64,000 nucleotides of DNA from Guillardia theta CCMP2712 (Eukaryota; Protista; Cryptophyta). Below the pieces are notes generated by a model, which worked only from the letters and a program-made list of their open reading frames with translations, did not search any database and had not been told where the DNA came from. The number at the start of each line of letters is the position of its first letter. The first letter of the stretch is position 1. Positions 49,080-61,931 of the stretch are shown here, piece by piece. Both the position numbers and the translations under genes were made by a program. The stretch lies in NCBI RefSeq assembly GCF_000315625.1, contig NW_005434590.1, positions 184,018-248,017 on the forward strand. The letters run 5' to 3'.

Positions 49080-50659
49080 AGTTACGGTGACGATTTTGGA
49101 TAATGGTGCCTTTATCCAATCGTTCAATTTCCTCCTACAGACTCGAAGCACAATCTGAACACAAAAGGGTGAAAACAGAAAAACAAAAATTCCTCGGGAT
49201 GCATGGGCGTTTTTCCATGAAAGAAAGCAGAATACAGTAGAGAAAACTTGATGTGATTACATAAACCAAACATATTGTTATGAAGGGGCGAAATGTCAAG
49301 AAAAATCAGTTTGCTCACGCAATGGAAGAGAATTCCAAAGGAAAGAAATCAACAAACAAAAACATTCAAACCAAAAAACTTGTTAGGTAGACAAAAACGA
49401 TGACAATCATTGAGACGCACAGAATCACAACAAGTTCAGGTTCCTCAAACTCCCAGGTAACACATGAGCAAAAAGGGTCAGGTATGACATTTTGGTTAAG
49501 GAAGATAATACAAACAAAGCAATCTAGAATGAAAGTGCGCAAAACATTTTAAACTGGGGCAACAAGTGAAGAAATCGACAAATCACATTTGTCAAGTAGA
49601 AATTATGTCAATCAGAGGCAAGAACGCTGAACTTACACAAATGCAGAGGAAGGAGTTAATGTTCAAGAACAATGCACTAGATTGACTGTGAGTGTGAGAA
49701 TGAGGTCGAAGGCAGGAAGGAACAAAACATTTCCTCTCCTCGAGATCCTGCGACTCCTTGCTGTCTCGGTGAGGGGGTGCAGCAGGAGCCGCCTGGTGGA
49801 GGGGGGGGCTGGGTCCGTAGATATCCTGAATTACTACACTGTTTGCAATGTATGAAATTGAGTCTTTTCACTATTGCTTTAAAACATTTTGTAGATTGTT
49901 ATCGTTTGCGATCTCTTCGACTGGCACCCCTACCCCTGAGAGATTCATGTCTCTACTACCACCCCACCCCTTCATTGTCCATGACTCTCGACTTTACCCC
50001 TGTCAACTACCTCGAGGACCCTCCCTTTCATATTCACCTGTGGGAGGGTAGGGTGTGCGAATGTGATGACAGAGGCCCAGAGTCAAATCACCCTTCAGAG
50101 GATCTCCCGACAAAATGTGGGGATGGTGGGGGTAGTAGTGGGTACGTTTCCCGACCACAAAAAATAGGATACTTCATGAATTTTCAAAATTCATTTTTCT
50201 TTTTGTGAAAGTTTCAAATTTGATAAGTGAAACGTTCAACTTTTTGCTTCCCTTTTCCTGAAATTGTTATTCCGATCTGCTGACGGATGCTTGCGTCTCC
50301 TTATAGATATACATTGATAACGAGTCTTTTCAGATCCTGTTTTTGGCTCTGGCCTATATCTGCGTCTGTTCCTATAGAATGCACCGAGAGGAATCCGAAA
50401 TTATTTGGAATATTCAGATATTTTTTGAGAATATTCATTTTATTTACATGAATGTTTTAATGGCCTCAAATCCGGAAAAGGCTGATGTATAGGGGGGTAG
50501 TGTTGACTATGACTATAAAAACCACAACGTTCCGTCAATTGAATCTGTCAAGAATTCAAGCATTCGACCGCCTCCTTCCAGTTCCGATATCCACCTTTTT
50601 GTTTAGTCAACGGAAAGCTCCGACTTCCGTGAATCATAGGTGAAGCAAGCCCCCCTCAA

Positions 50660-51605
50660 TGGCTGACCTGAGGCCCGGGGCTGCGGCTCACGGGGGCCAC
50701 ATCGAGCAGGTCACGCAGTGACGGACCGTGAGAGTGGTATCCTGAGACTCGGGATCACTACCACTCCTACTGCTTTTTAACTTAACTTTGAGTAAAGAAT
50801 TAAAGGGGCCAGAATCGAGCAACCCGTGTCACGGTGTCGGCGGTCGGACTCTGTGACCAGCGGTCCGTCCGGCGGGATCATGTGACTACGGAGTGACTCT
50901 CATCTGCGGCCGGGCCGGCCGCCGCACTGCCGCAGTCACGCGGCAATGAGCGGCGTCGCCCGCTGGCAGGCTGATGACAGTGACGCCCGCCGGGCCCGGC
51001 CGCCCGGCGGGCCCGCCAGAGCGCCGATCGCCGGACTCGCCGCCCGGAACTCTGAGTCATCGGATCCGACAGCCTGAGTCCCGGATCATCCGCCCGTGGC
51101 AGCGGCCCCGGCCGACTCGGACGCCAGGCTCAGCTGTCGCCCGCGGACCCGGCTCAGGCCGGCGGCTCCGAGGCGGCCGCCTCTTGGGCCGGGTGACGGC
51201 CCCGGGCCCGGTCAGTGCCAGGCCAGTGCCGCCGCGCCGCGCGGCGGCCAGGCCAGCCCGGCCTGTGAGTCGGCCCCCGTCCGACTGGCGGGGGCCCGGT
51301 CCACCCGACCGGCGACTCAGCCGCGGGGCCCCCGTGACTGGGCCCACGGGGTGACCGCCGCCGCCGTGCCCGGAGTACCCGTACGGTACCGGCGCCGGTG
51401 CGGCATCATTCCGATCGGACTCCGCGAGTCGCTGAGTCGGACCGTCGCTTCAGGAACGGGTTGAACGGTTGAACCGTCCGATCTACTGCCGTAAGTTGCC
51501 AGTGGCGGCCTTCTGAGGCCCCTTGAAGAAGCCGGCGGGGCCTGCGGCACTCAACAGGTGACTAGCCGCGAGCTGAGCCTCCCCAGTGAGTCCGAGTTCC
51601 GAGAG
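50660..51605. repeat. CCGG/GGCC-rich GC block (copy 5)
   Basis: Same composition. Contains TTTAACTTAACTTTGAGTAAA (50776-50796), GGGTTGAACGGTTGAACCG (51458-51476) and TCCGAGTTCCGAG. Confidence 0.65.
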
Positions 51606-52214
51606 GCTACAAAAAGTTTTATTTTAAGATTCAAATTCAAATTCAAATTTTCGACACACCAGCGTTTCCGGGTGGCCAAAAAAAGAATCAAAACTTTGAA
51701 ACTTGCCATCAATGGGGAAGGGCTTCCAGGGAAAGCATGGCGCGGGAAACGGCTAGTCACTAGTAGTGCGAAGAAGGAGAAGCATGGAAGGGAGAAGGTT
51801 TTCCATAGAGCAGACGGTGAGGCTCACGGGGGGGGCTGACTGCTCGTGTCACTCGCTATGTCCGAGCAACCATCGGAGCTCAGATCAACTTAGCGACTTT
51901 TAGTGCAAGTTGGCGACAGAGCGCAGCGCTCAGGACGAGAAACTTGCATGATCACTGAGAAGGGATAAGAGGAGGCCAGACCATTCGCGCTTTAGAAGGA
52001 TTCTTTCCTGTCAGGATTCATGTGCGATGTTACAAAAGGACAACCTTGTTCCAATAGCCCATAGGTTACTCGTTACCTTAGAACTTGTTTACAGAGCATT
52101 ATGTAGTGCCATGATATGTGATAGTATTGAGACGTATCACCTCAACTTTCTGATCTCGATGAGTCTAATATCTGACTTTCCTTCTGCTAGCGTGCTTTCA
52201 AACAGGTGAAACAC

Positions 52215-53156
52215 ATGGCAACAAGTAAAAAAACGAATCCAAGCGATGATCTTTTCGATTCCTGGCCCTCCCAATTGTTCTTGAACCTTCTCGATCCCTT
52301 TTTTCATTGCAATGATGAGCACGAGATACCCTCGGCTCCCGCTGTGGACTGGAATGCTCATGTCGACGGCATGGTGGGCGATCTGAAGACGCAGGACATG
52401 GCGGAAGCCGATCGTTCTACTCCTTCCAAGGAAGAGCAGACATTCGCGAGGGCATGGGAGGACCTCTTCATCGATCATGCTGGGGACGCAGAGTCGCCCA
52501 AGGACGTCACAACGTCAACGTGGAGTCTCCTCACTGACAGCTTCGACTGCTGTACGCCAGCAGAGGGCACGCGACTACGGGAGGTGCAGCGGGAGACTGT
52601 GATTACATCCAAGAACAAGGAGGATAGTGACATCTCCCAGTACCTCTCCGACGGGTTCGGCAATCTTGCCAACTTCCTGCCCCAGTCTTCTTCCTCTCCT
52701 ACCCAGCAGTATGGAAGTCTGCGCGTGGAGACAGAGCTGAGGGCGAGCAAGCTGAGAGGAGTGAGGACGAGGCTCCAGTCGATGATGTTGGAGGAGCCGT
52801 CGCCCCGGGCGAGAGGCAAGAACTTGGAGGCGATGAAGAAAGCGATGAAGAACTCATGGGCAGGTGAGTGATGAACCATTCTAAGTCCTGCTGTCTGTCT
52901 CAACATCTTCATCATTCCTCCCCCTCCCCTCTCCCCCCCACCACCTCCCTCTCTCTCCCCCGCCTTCCCCTCCCTACATGGTAATCTCTACATAACCCCA
53001 GCCCCCGTTCATGGCCAAACTGCTGCAAGACTTGTCCTTACTCCGTTGCCCATGTTTCTTCCGAGTTCTCCTAACCATTTTCTTCCCTCCCACTCAACAG
53101 ATATCGAGAGATTACGCGAGCTCCGTCGATCGAATCATCCTTCCGTCGTCTCTTGA
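52215..53156 (+). CDS. Hypothetical protein (two exons)
   Basis: ORF 52206-52871 (ATG 52215) ends at a g|gtgagt donor. A pyrimidine-rich intron follows, then exon DIERLRELRRSNHPSVVS*. No recognised domain. Confidence 0.6.
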
Positions 53157-53269
53157 CTATTTTATCTCTTCTCTTAGATCAGATTGCAGACTTAAGACAC
53201 AACCCGAACTTTTCAACACTGCTCGTGCTTCCGTCCTCACAAGTTGCATTCCCTTCTACTGAGCCCTCT

Positions 53270-55492
53270 TCAGTTCCTCCTATCCCTGCTCCTCGACCGA
53301 CTACGGCGCCGTCCTCGGTCCTCATACTCTCTTCGTCTGTCTCTGATGATGTCCAGTCAGCTTCAGCAGACAAGTAGAGTTCTGTACCTGTCTCGCGATC
53401 GAGATCTCCTCCTCTCCCCACTTCTGTCCCCTCCTCTGTCCCTGTCCCTGTCCCTTTCTCCTCTGTCCCTCTCTTTATCCTTGTCATAGAAGTCCCTGCC
53501 CTTGTTCCTGTCTCTTTCTCTGCTCCTGCTCCTTTCCCTTGCTCGGTCTCTGCTCCTGCTCCTCTCTTTCCTCTCCCTGCTCCTGCTCCTCCTCGGCTTC
53601 TCCTCCTCTGGTTTGCTCGAGCTTTTGCCATTATCCCTGTTAAAGGCAAGATCAGAGGCAGTCAAGACGAGGAAGAAGAGCCAACGTGTTCTTCTTGTAT
53701 TCCTGGTCAATGAAGTCCGAGATCTTCCTCTTCGAACCCTCATTCTGAAAGCGCCAAGTTAGCGACCATGGCAACAAATCCACTGACAAGGGGGGATGGG
53801 GAGAAATGGGGGGGCTCAAATCAAAGAGGAGCAGGCTGATGGAAGGCTGACTTGACCCCCCACCTCGTCAGATGAAGAATCCGAGCTCTTTGAGTCTGCC
53901 ATCAGGGCATTAGCGTCTAGAGATGTGTGGAGTGTCGTTTACCGTCTTTGTCATCTTGTCCTTTCTTCATCTCTTTCTTCGCCTACAGGTATCAGGTCAG
54001 CGAACATGAAGGGGTTAACAACGGTAAGTTACCTTCTTGAGCTCTTTCTTCTTCTTCTTCTCTTCCTTCTTCTTGGCTTTCTTCTCTATCATCCAAGATC
54101 AGCCACATCCAACTTCACTTCTTCGATACGCTGCTGGAAAGATACATCATCATCATCATCATCCTACCTTTCTTTGCTTGTTTCTCTTGCTTGTCAAAGG
54201 CACTCTACCAGGTGGTTACAATCAACTTCGACGCATGACTGAATCACTCACGAGAGACTGTGTAAGTTGCTTTTCCCACAGCTCATCCGGGTCAAGTCTC
54301 TGATAGCAGCAACGCATCAGAATCGTTCACTGCCAGTGTAACCAGATTCTAGTGTTCGCTCAACCTTGATGTCTGTCGTCGGTTGGCTGACTTTTTTCAC
54401 AATCGAAGCCCCATACTCATCATTGAAGGTCTGTACAGCATTTAAACCCCATCGCTCTGAACAGTGAGCTGCCATCAACGTTTTACCTTCTGAAGGTGGG
54501 GGTAAGATCTTGCAGCAGCCGCCGCCGCCGCTGTGCAAACCATGTCAGCACCGAGTCCAAGTGAAAAAGTCGAGAGTATACCAGCAGTCTCTGTTATGTC
54601 TTTTTGCTTCTTGACTTTGGCCTGTTGATGCAAACATGCGATGAGATCGGAGAGATCAGAATCAATTGAGAATCTGGACCTTTTCTTCTGCATCGGCTTG
54701 CATGATCTGACATAGCGTGAGTGAGCACGGGAGTAAGATACATCGTCATTCATGCGATTCACCTCGATCTCTTCCTCGGGAGGTTTGTAATGCTTCTTGT
54801 GATCGACCTTGAGGCAACGTTACACTTGGGGAAAAATTAAGAATAACGATCACTCGAAGGGTCCTTCCAAGGAGTTTGGATCCGTTGAGATTGTCTACGG
54901 CTAAATTCGTGCTCCTCTGCAACACAACACCATTCAACAACATGATATCGGAGTCAGCTAGGTAGATGCACACCTGATCCTCATACGCAAGAAATCTGCG
55001 ATGAAAGATGGATGGAATGTTAGTCACAAACCAGCCGTGCAAGATGGAGACTCACGCAAAACCATGTGACTTTCCTGTCTTCTTGTCCCGAGGCAAATGA
55101 ACATCGACAGGTTCACCGTACTTCACAAGTCCGTCAAGTGCATGTACAAGTCATATCTGAAGCAGTTGGACCTGAGAAAAGATGGTGATGACATCTCCTT
55201 CAGTCAGCCTATAGTCCAGCCCTCCGACATAGATCTGCCAACTCAAATCAGACCGACCAATTACAAAAGCGCAAAGTACATAGGCGCTGTCTGCATAGTT
55301 TGCATGCCATGACCTGGAAGATTCACAGGAGGTCAACCAAACTGCGCAAGACAGCAAGATGCAGCATGCAAGCTTACGCTTTATCTTCGAGCCCACTTTC
55401 AATCTGTCAGCAAGCGTTCAGGGAACTTCTTACACCCTCTACAGACGGACCTCCCGCTGGTTGATGCGCTGGAGCTCCTTGACGACATTCAT
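53270..55492 (-). CDS. RBMX2: RNA-binding motif protein X-linked 2 (Snu17/Ist3, RES complex) with RS-rich tail
   Basis: Many micro-exons: MNVVKELQRINQRE...SWHANYADSAY|IYVGGLDYRLTEGDVITIFSQ|YGEPVDVHLPRDKKTGKSHGFA|FLAYEDQ|RSTNLAVDNLNGSKLLGRTLR|VDH. Lys-rich and RS/RD-rich C-terminus. Confidence 0.92.
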
Positions 55493-57608
55493 CCTGATCG
55501 GTCTATCGCTCCTCCTTGAGCTGAACAGGAAGACAAGTTGTCAACTTCAATGCATCCACCCTGCAGTATGAGTCAAACATTTTAATCCGATGACTAAGCA
55601 GGAGCAGAACTCTTTGAAATTTCTTGAGCAATGTTCAAGTATTGCTCACTTTCTGTCCCCGGATACACATTTACACGTTCCTACACCCTCATCATCTACT
55701 CCTCTACACCTTTATTCTAACATCCAATGACACTATCATTGCAACACCACCTCTGTCATCACAGCCCTTCACATCAAATGCCTCTTGCCATCTTCCATAA
55801 CCGAGCTCCTACCCTCCTCCTTCCATGGTGTACAGCTCACTTTCCCTCCTCGATTTCTGACCCTTATCCCCCCCCCCCCCCCACCCCACCCCCCACTTTC
55901 AGAGTCTTTGTCCTTCTTCCACGTTCCTCCTCCCTGGCTATTCTTATACGTTTCTCTCCCCATTCCTCAACCTTCTTTATCTATCACAACAAAGGCCTGG
56001 AAGGGCTTGAGCCCTCCCCATCCCCCCGATCCCCCTCCTCTTTGATTTCCGGCTGTTCCCTCCCTCCGCTGTTCCCTCCCTCCACTGTTGCCTCCCGCTT
56101 CATGTCATCCTCCCTCCCTTCTTTTCCCTCTCTGCTTCTCTCCTCGCCTCCCTCTGGTCCGTTCCCTGCCTCCCTGCCGCCCCCCTTGCCTTCCCTTCTC
56201 TCTCATCCAATCGCTTACTCTCTTCTCCTCTCTTTTCTTCTCCTCTCTTCTCTTCTCCTCTCTTCTCCTCTCCTCTCCTCTCCTCTCCTCTCCTCTTGCC
56301 AACCGCCCCGCACAAGAAAATCCTGCATGTGGTATGAAGGACTTTGAGTCAGGGGGTGGGTATCCGGTGGGTACTTTCAATTTGGCTAAAGGACGGGGTA
56401 CTAGCGACACTTTTGTGGGGGTAGTGGGGTTGAGGTAGTGCAGATTTTCAGATTGAGGGGTAGGGTCATGTGGGTCAGATGTGCGAAATCTTTATCAAAA
56501 TATTGAAAATACATCTGAATTATCAACTTTGGTTTTAAATCTAGAGGATATGAGATGCAGTTTTATACTAAATATTTGACAATGTTTGAAACTATCTATT
56601 GGCCTGAAATCGTGATGTAGGGAACTCAAAGTTTCTCAAAAAGGTTTGGAACATTTCAAATATCAATTCAAGTTTTGAAAAATACACAGCGATTGTCATA
56701 TTGTCCTGAAATCACGAGATCGGCCTCTACTTTCATGCAGGGGCTACAGGGAGCAGGTAGTGAATCTGGAGCAGATGGAGAGCGGGGCGGGGCGGAGAGG
56801 AGAGGAGAGGAGAGGAGAGGAGAGGAGAGGAAATATGAGACAAGGATATGAGATGTAAGATGAGGATTGCAGATCTGATGTGGATTGCGGATGCATGAGG
56901 TGAGAAAGAATGATAAAGTGGATGATGAAGATTTTCTTGGACATCAAGGCATCGAGCATTCATGTTGTTAGTTGTTGCTGTTAAGTTGATGCTGGCTGAA
57001 TTATTCAACCTGATGAATCAATTGATGAATGAGATAGAATACATTGTTCATGCAGACAGCGGGGGAAGGAGAGAAGAATGCGATGGACAGGATGAGGGTC
57101 GCATTGCGAAGAAGTCGAACAAGGGAATGGAGTACAGACAGAGAAGGTGACAGAGAAGAAGGGAGGACGAAGGGAGGAGGGAACGGTTGAGGGATTAAAG
57201 GAGGGATCAAGAAGGATAGAGGGATTGTAGGACTGGAAGGAAGGGTCGAGGACCGTCTGGAAACGTGGGGCGTAACATAAAGGTGCTGAGGGAGTGATCA
57301 CAAGCATTGGGCCAGTAGGGTTAGACCATGACCTCGGCCATGGAGGGATCAGGATTGGGGTGGTATCGAGTTGCAGAAGACTTTCTCACAAAGAATAAGT
57401 TCCATGAAGTGAAGGGGAGGGGAGTGAGGGAGTAGAAGGAATAGATGGAGGAGGAGACTTCGAAGGTGGAGAGGGTGCAACCCAACGTCGCATTCATTAT
57501 AACCATCTGCTCTTCATGACTTTGATTGATTTGTGACATTTCGAATCAGATGTATTGATAAGGATTGTTATTTAACGATACGGCTCGCGATACGTCAATG
57601 ACTTCCAT

Positions 57609-60600
57609 ATGAAGTTTGGATTCATTTTCTCAACAAATGCTTTCTTCTGTGTTCTCCTCTTCCTGTCTTCTGCATCATCAATGATGCAAAGTGGCAGAAG
57701 GTTGTGCATCCCTCGCAAAGGAGGTGTTTGCTGTTGTCTCTACGTTTTCCTCGTTCCTGAACAAGACTCGCAGGATTTCAAAGAGGATTTCACCTTCAGT
57801 TGTCCTTTGTGGGTATAACTTCAAGACCAAAGGTGAGTTTCAGGATTTGAAATGGTTGACAAATTGACTCCTGTCTCAGCTGGAGACTGCGTGTTTTGAT
57901 ATCTCCTTCTCTTCACTCGGAGCATCTCTCAATCACTTGACACGTCGGGACGCTCTTACACCTGTCAATTGTCAAGTGGGTCAACGACGACCATCGGCAC
58001 GCACCTCGCGGTCTTTCCCATCGGTATTCCGCCCGTTTCTAGAGTGTCTGTCTTTCCGCTCGACCATGTTGGGCGCTCAAGACTCGTGGAGACGGAGCCT
58101 GTCGATGACATCTACGGACCATGGGAGCGAAGTTTCCTGCAAGAAGAAAGCGGCAAAGAAGGGATCAAAGAATATCCCCCCAGAGCTGTTGAAGGAGATG
58201 CGCAAAATGGAGATGATGTTGAAATTCAGGAACGAGGTCGACGTTGATCAGGTTCACAGGGACGTGATGCGACTAGTCGAGCAGGACGAGAGGATCGCTC
58301 CTGGTGTAAAGATCAAAATCTACGAGCTCCTTGTGGCCCTGGCTTGCTACAATCACAATGCTGAATCAGCCATTCGGTTCTTGGAGGTCCTGAAAGAACT
58401 TTCGATGCCATCAGAATCATCATACGCCTCCGTGATCAGAGTTTGTTGTGAAGACCCTGGGACTGCCAAACATGCCGTGAAACTCCTTGATGATTTTGTC
58501 TCTAATAACCCCAATCGCCTCCGGTTGCGGACGGTCCAACCGTTGCTCCTTACATTCTTGCAAAACAGAGACTTCGATAATTTCGTTGATCTCTGGAAGA
58601 GTGTGCTGAGCGGCCATCCAGACTTGATCAAGAGTGCGGCGAACAGCAGCATCGAGCCGGTTGAACAGCTATTTGTTGACATCATCTCAGCCTTTAGCGA
58701 TGTCATTGTCGGGAAGGTTGGGAAGGAGAGGGATCTGCTGATGCTATCATTGGATGAGATCTTGAATGAGATGTCTGAGACGCTCTTGTCTATCAGTGAG
58801 AAGTCAGCGTCGTTGCTCAGCTCGCAGGTGTCCCATGACAACTGCAAGGTGGTCAACATGTCGAGCGAAGGAAAGTGCCCACTCAGGTTGTACTTGTAGC
58901 CTCCTCCTCCTGTCCCTCTCTTCGTCTTCTCCTATCCAATGTCTCTCTACCTCATCGCCATATGCTCTCACACTGTTGCAAGTGGGAAGAGATTGAAGTT
59001 GTTTTCCCTATCATCCACTCAGCGAGGTCTTGTCCTCTGTTCTTCTTCCTTCAAGCTACTTACCTCCCCAACAGCTCTTGTGCGGACTGGACTGGTCGAG
59101 CTCGCCTCCAGTCAGGTGAGGAGGAGCTGGGAAGGGAGAAGGGCAGAGAAAGAGGAGGAAGAGGTGATCCCGAAGCAGCGACCTGGCAAGCGACGCAGGC
59201 AGAAATCAATAGTGAGGAAAGCGGATTCTCAGAGAGGATGAGAGAGGAGGATACGTACAGAAACAGGAGGTAGCCCGAGAGTGCCAGCACAGAAGGCATA
59301 AGGGGCAGGGGCAGGGGCAGGGGCTTGAGCTAGAGGGCGATGATGAACGTTGAACAGGGAAGTCAAGCTCGGGAGTCGATTTTGAATTTCTTGGACTGGA
59401 TGCGGGAGACATCACAGCAGTTCTCAGTCGTGGTTGATGGGCCCAACGTGGCATACTCGAAGCAGAACTTTGAGACCGGATGTTTTTCATACCATCAGGT
59501 GATTGAATGAGCAAAGATTATCCGATTGATTTTGCTGTGTGCTCTCTGAATGCCTCTTGTCAGATCGACATTGTTGTGAACAAGTTGAGGGAGGAGGGAG
59601 AGAAAGTTCTTGTCCTCCTCCCCTACAAGTACGTTCAGCCCATCATCCCCAACCACGCGAGGCATCAAGGGCACCTGAACTTCAGCACCGCCCAGCATGT
59701 CGTCACTGGAGATGAAATGGAGATCATTGACAGGTTTGCTTCCATCCTTTCCTGACTTGAATGTGTTGAAATTATCACCCCTGTGTGTGATGTCTGCTTA
59801 TTCATTCCTGCACAACTGTGATTGATGAGATGTGTTCATGACATTTGTTACCAATAATTCAATCAATAATTCAGTCTTTGCTTTGTACATGTTTCCTTGT
59901 TGCAACCTCTGATGCAATCTCCTTCTCCTTTTCCTAACACCCTTCCTGTTTTCAGGTGGAACGCTGAAGGGTGTTTGAAGATCAGCCCGCATGGCTCTAA
60001 CGATGATTGGTACCGCCGGTCGAGATTCGAGTGTGTCTGACTAGAGGGGTCAAGGTACTGGATGCTCTCAACCGTCATTGACGAGGGCGAGACAGTAAGG
60101 GTTGTCACCAACGATCAGATGCGAGATCATCGTCTTGCCTTGCTGGTACATGTGTTGTACATGTCTTGTGACTGTCATGTACGTTTCTTGGAGTATATCT
60201 TGCGCTTGTATTGCACTTGCTCTGCACCTATCTCGGGAGACCCTTGTTACAAGTAGTGTAATGATTCCTTCAGGATCCCCGGCCCTTCTTGAGATGGAAG
60301 ACGACGAGGATTATTCGATTTGATTTCTCGCATGCCTGGGAACCTGAGAAGGTGTCAGTTAGATCATATCATTAGCCCTTGTAACGGTCTGTAGATTGCA
60401 AACGGAACGAGTGATATACCGCAAGTCACTCTGGTGATGAATGTCTTTGATTGGGTTGTTTGATGCTGACAAGTCTGAAAGATTCAACCACCTGTCATCT
60501 CGCCCGAGATTCAAAGATCAAGCGATGAAGAACACATGTAATGATGATGATCATGATCATGATCATGATCATGATCATGATGATGCTGATGCTGATGCTG

Positions 60601-60913
60601 ATGATGGTGGAGATGATGACAATGCTGCTCGTGATTTTGGTGTTTGTAGGATTTGGCATTTTCCCATCAGAACCAAGGTTCAAGAAGACGAGGAGGAAGA
60701 CGGAGACTGTGAATTCAACCCAACAGGTGCGACAACGCTCAAGTTTCTTGAGCAACTCATTCCTGTCTTCATTCAGAGGCAGCATGTGCAAGTACAACTC
60801 TTGTTAGGAAGACGGAGGTGATGGAGGAAATTTCTGTTCCTATGACATCTGATGGAATGACATAGGAGGGGAAATGGCTTTGCCTCAAGTTAGCGTTGAA
60901 GATGCATCGATGA
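57609..60913 (+). CDS. PRORP: Protein-only RNase P (PRORP: PPR + Zn site + NYN nuclease) with bipartite N-terminal leader
   Basis: PPR-like segments PSESSYASVIRVCC and LRLRTVQPLL; GKC.. Zn ligands; NYN motifs VVDGPNVAY...FSYHQ|ID.VV, GSNDDW|YWM, VVTNDQMRDH, FLRWK, WHFP, terminal KWLC. Two 5' exons (from ATG 57609) splice in frame to the 57937 ORF. Confidence 0.9.
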
Positions 60914-61175
60914 CTTTGTTTCGATCTAACTTACGAGCACCATTTTCTTGTTTCATCCACATCGCTCAAAGCTCAGGGGGGAAAGAAAGTTGTTTCATTG
61001 TAGTCAGGAGCAAAAGTGTAGTCTGTGCTGGATGAATAGTCCTAGTTGCTTTAACAGATCTAGTCGTTGTCTGACAAGTCTTTGACATGACAAGCTCGGA
61101 AGTTCGATTCAGCGGCTGGTATCGAAGTTAACTTGTGCATGTGTTGGTTGCCGCTGGGCTAAGAAAACTTGTAAG

Positions 61176-61860
61176 CTAGAGGATCAATCTTTCTGCTCTC
61201 CTCCTCCCACTCCTCCCAGGGGATGATGGTATGATCGTCATGAACTTTCTTGACACGAGGGGGAGCAGGAGCCACAACGTTGTCACTCCTGACAGCAAAC
61301 ACCATCAGACACGTGGGCAAGAAAGAAGTTCAACGTTCCTCGACGAGCTTGCAATCGCGACAACCTTGGGCCTTTGAACGATACTCTTGTTGCTGACAAC
61401 CTGGAAGAAAGTCTTAGATGTAACTGCTGCAACTCAACAGCCGATCCTGCCTTGACCTGGGCCTTGGGAATTTCTACGGAAGGAGTCTGAAGAAGATGTT
61501 TCAGTCTCAACCAGCCATCAACAGCTCCTACCTGCTGCTGCTTCATGGAGTTCCAAGACGACAACCCTGCTCGTCAAGTCATCGCTGGGAAACAACGACA
61601 TACACACGTCGTCTTACTTGACACCACTGGCGTTCTAGAGTTGCGACTCGCGTCAGACTGAGATCTTGCTTTCTTGGTGTATAAGTCTTGACCAGGTGCT
61701 GACTCTAAGATCTTCCGAGCTCTGGCAAGAGCTTCTAGTCTGCGACTTGACGTGAACTACAACTGGCCACCAGGTGGACGATATGAAACCTCTTCTTTCC
61801 GAGCTCTGCTGTGCGAGCCTCGCCCATGTGGTGTGCAACCTGATCTCATTGTTGTCATAA

Positions 61861-61931
<71 letters not shown>

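Noticed and set aside
60441-60821. Poly-Asp/His or poly-Met/Ile ORFs
   Set aside because: They derive from (GAT)/(GATCAT) microsatellite within a probable PRORP intron.
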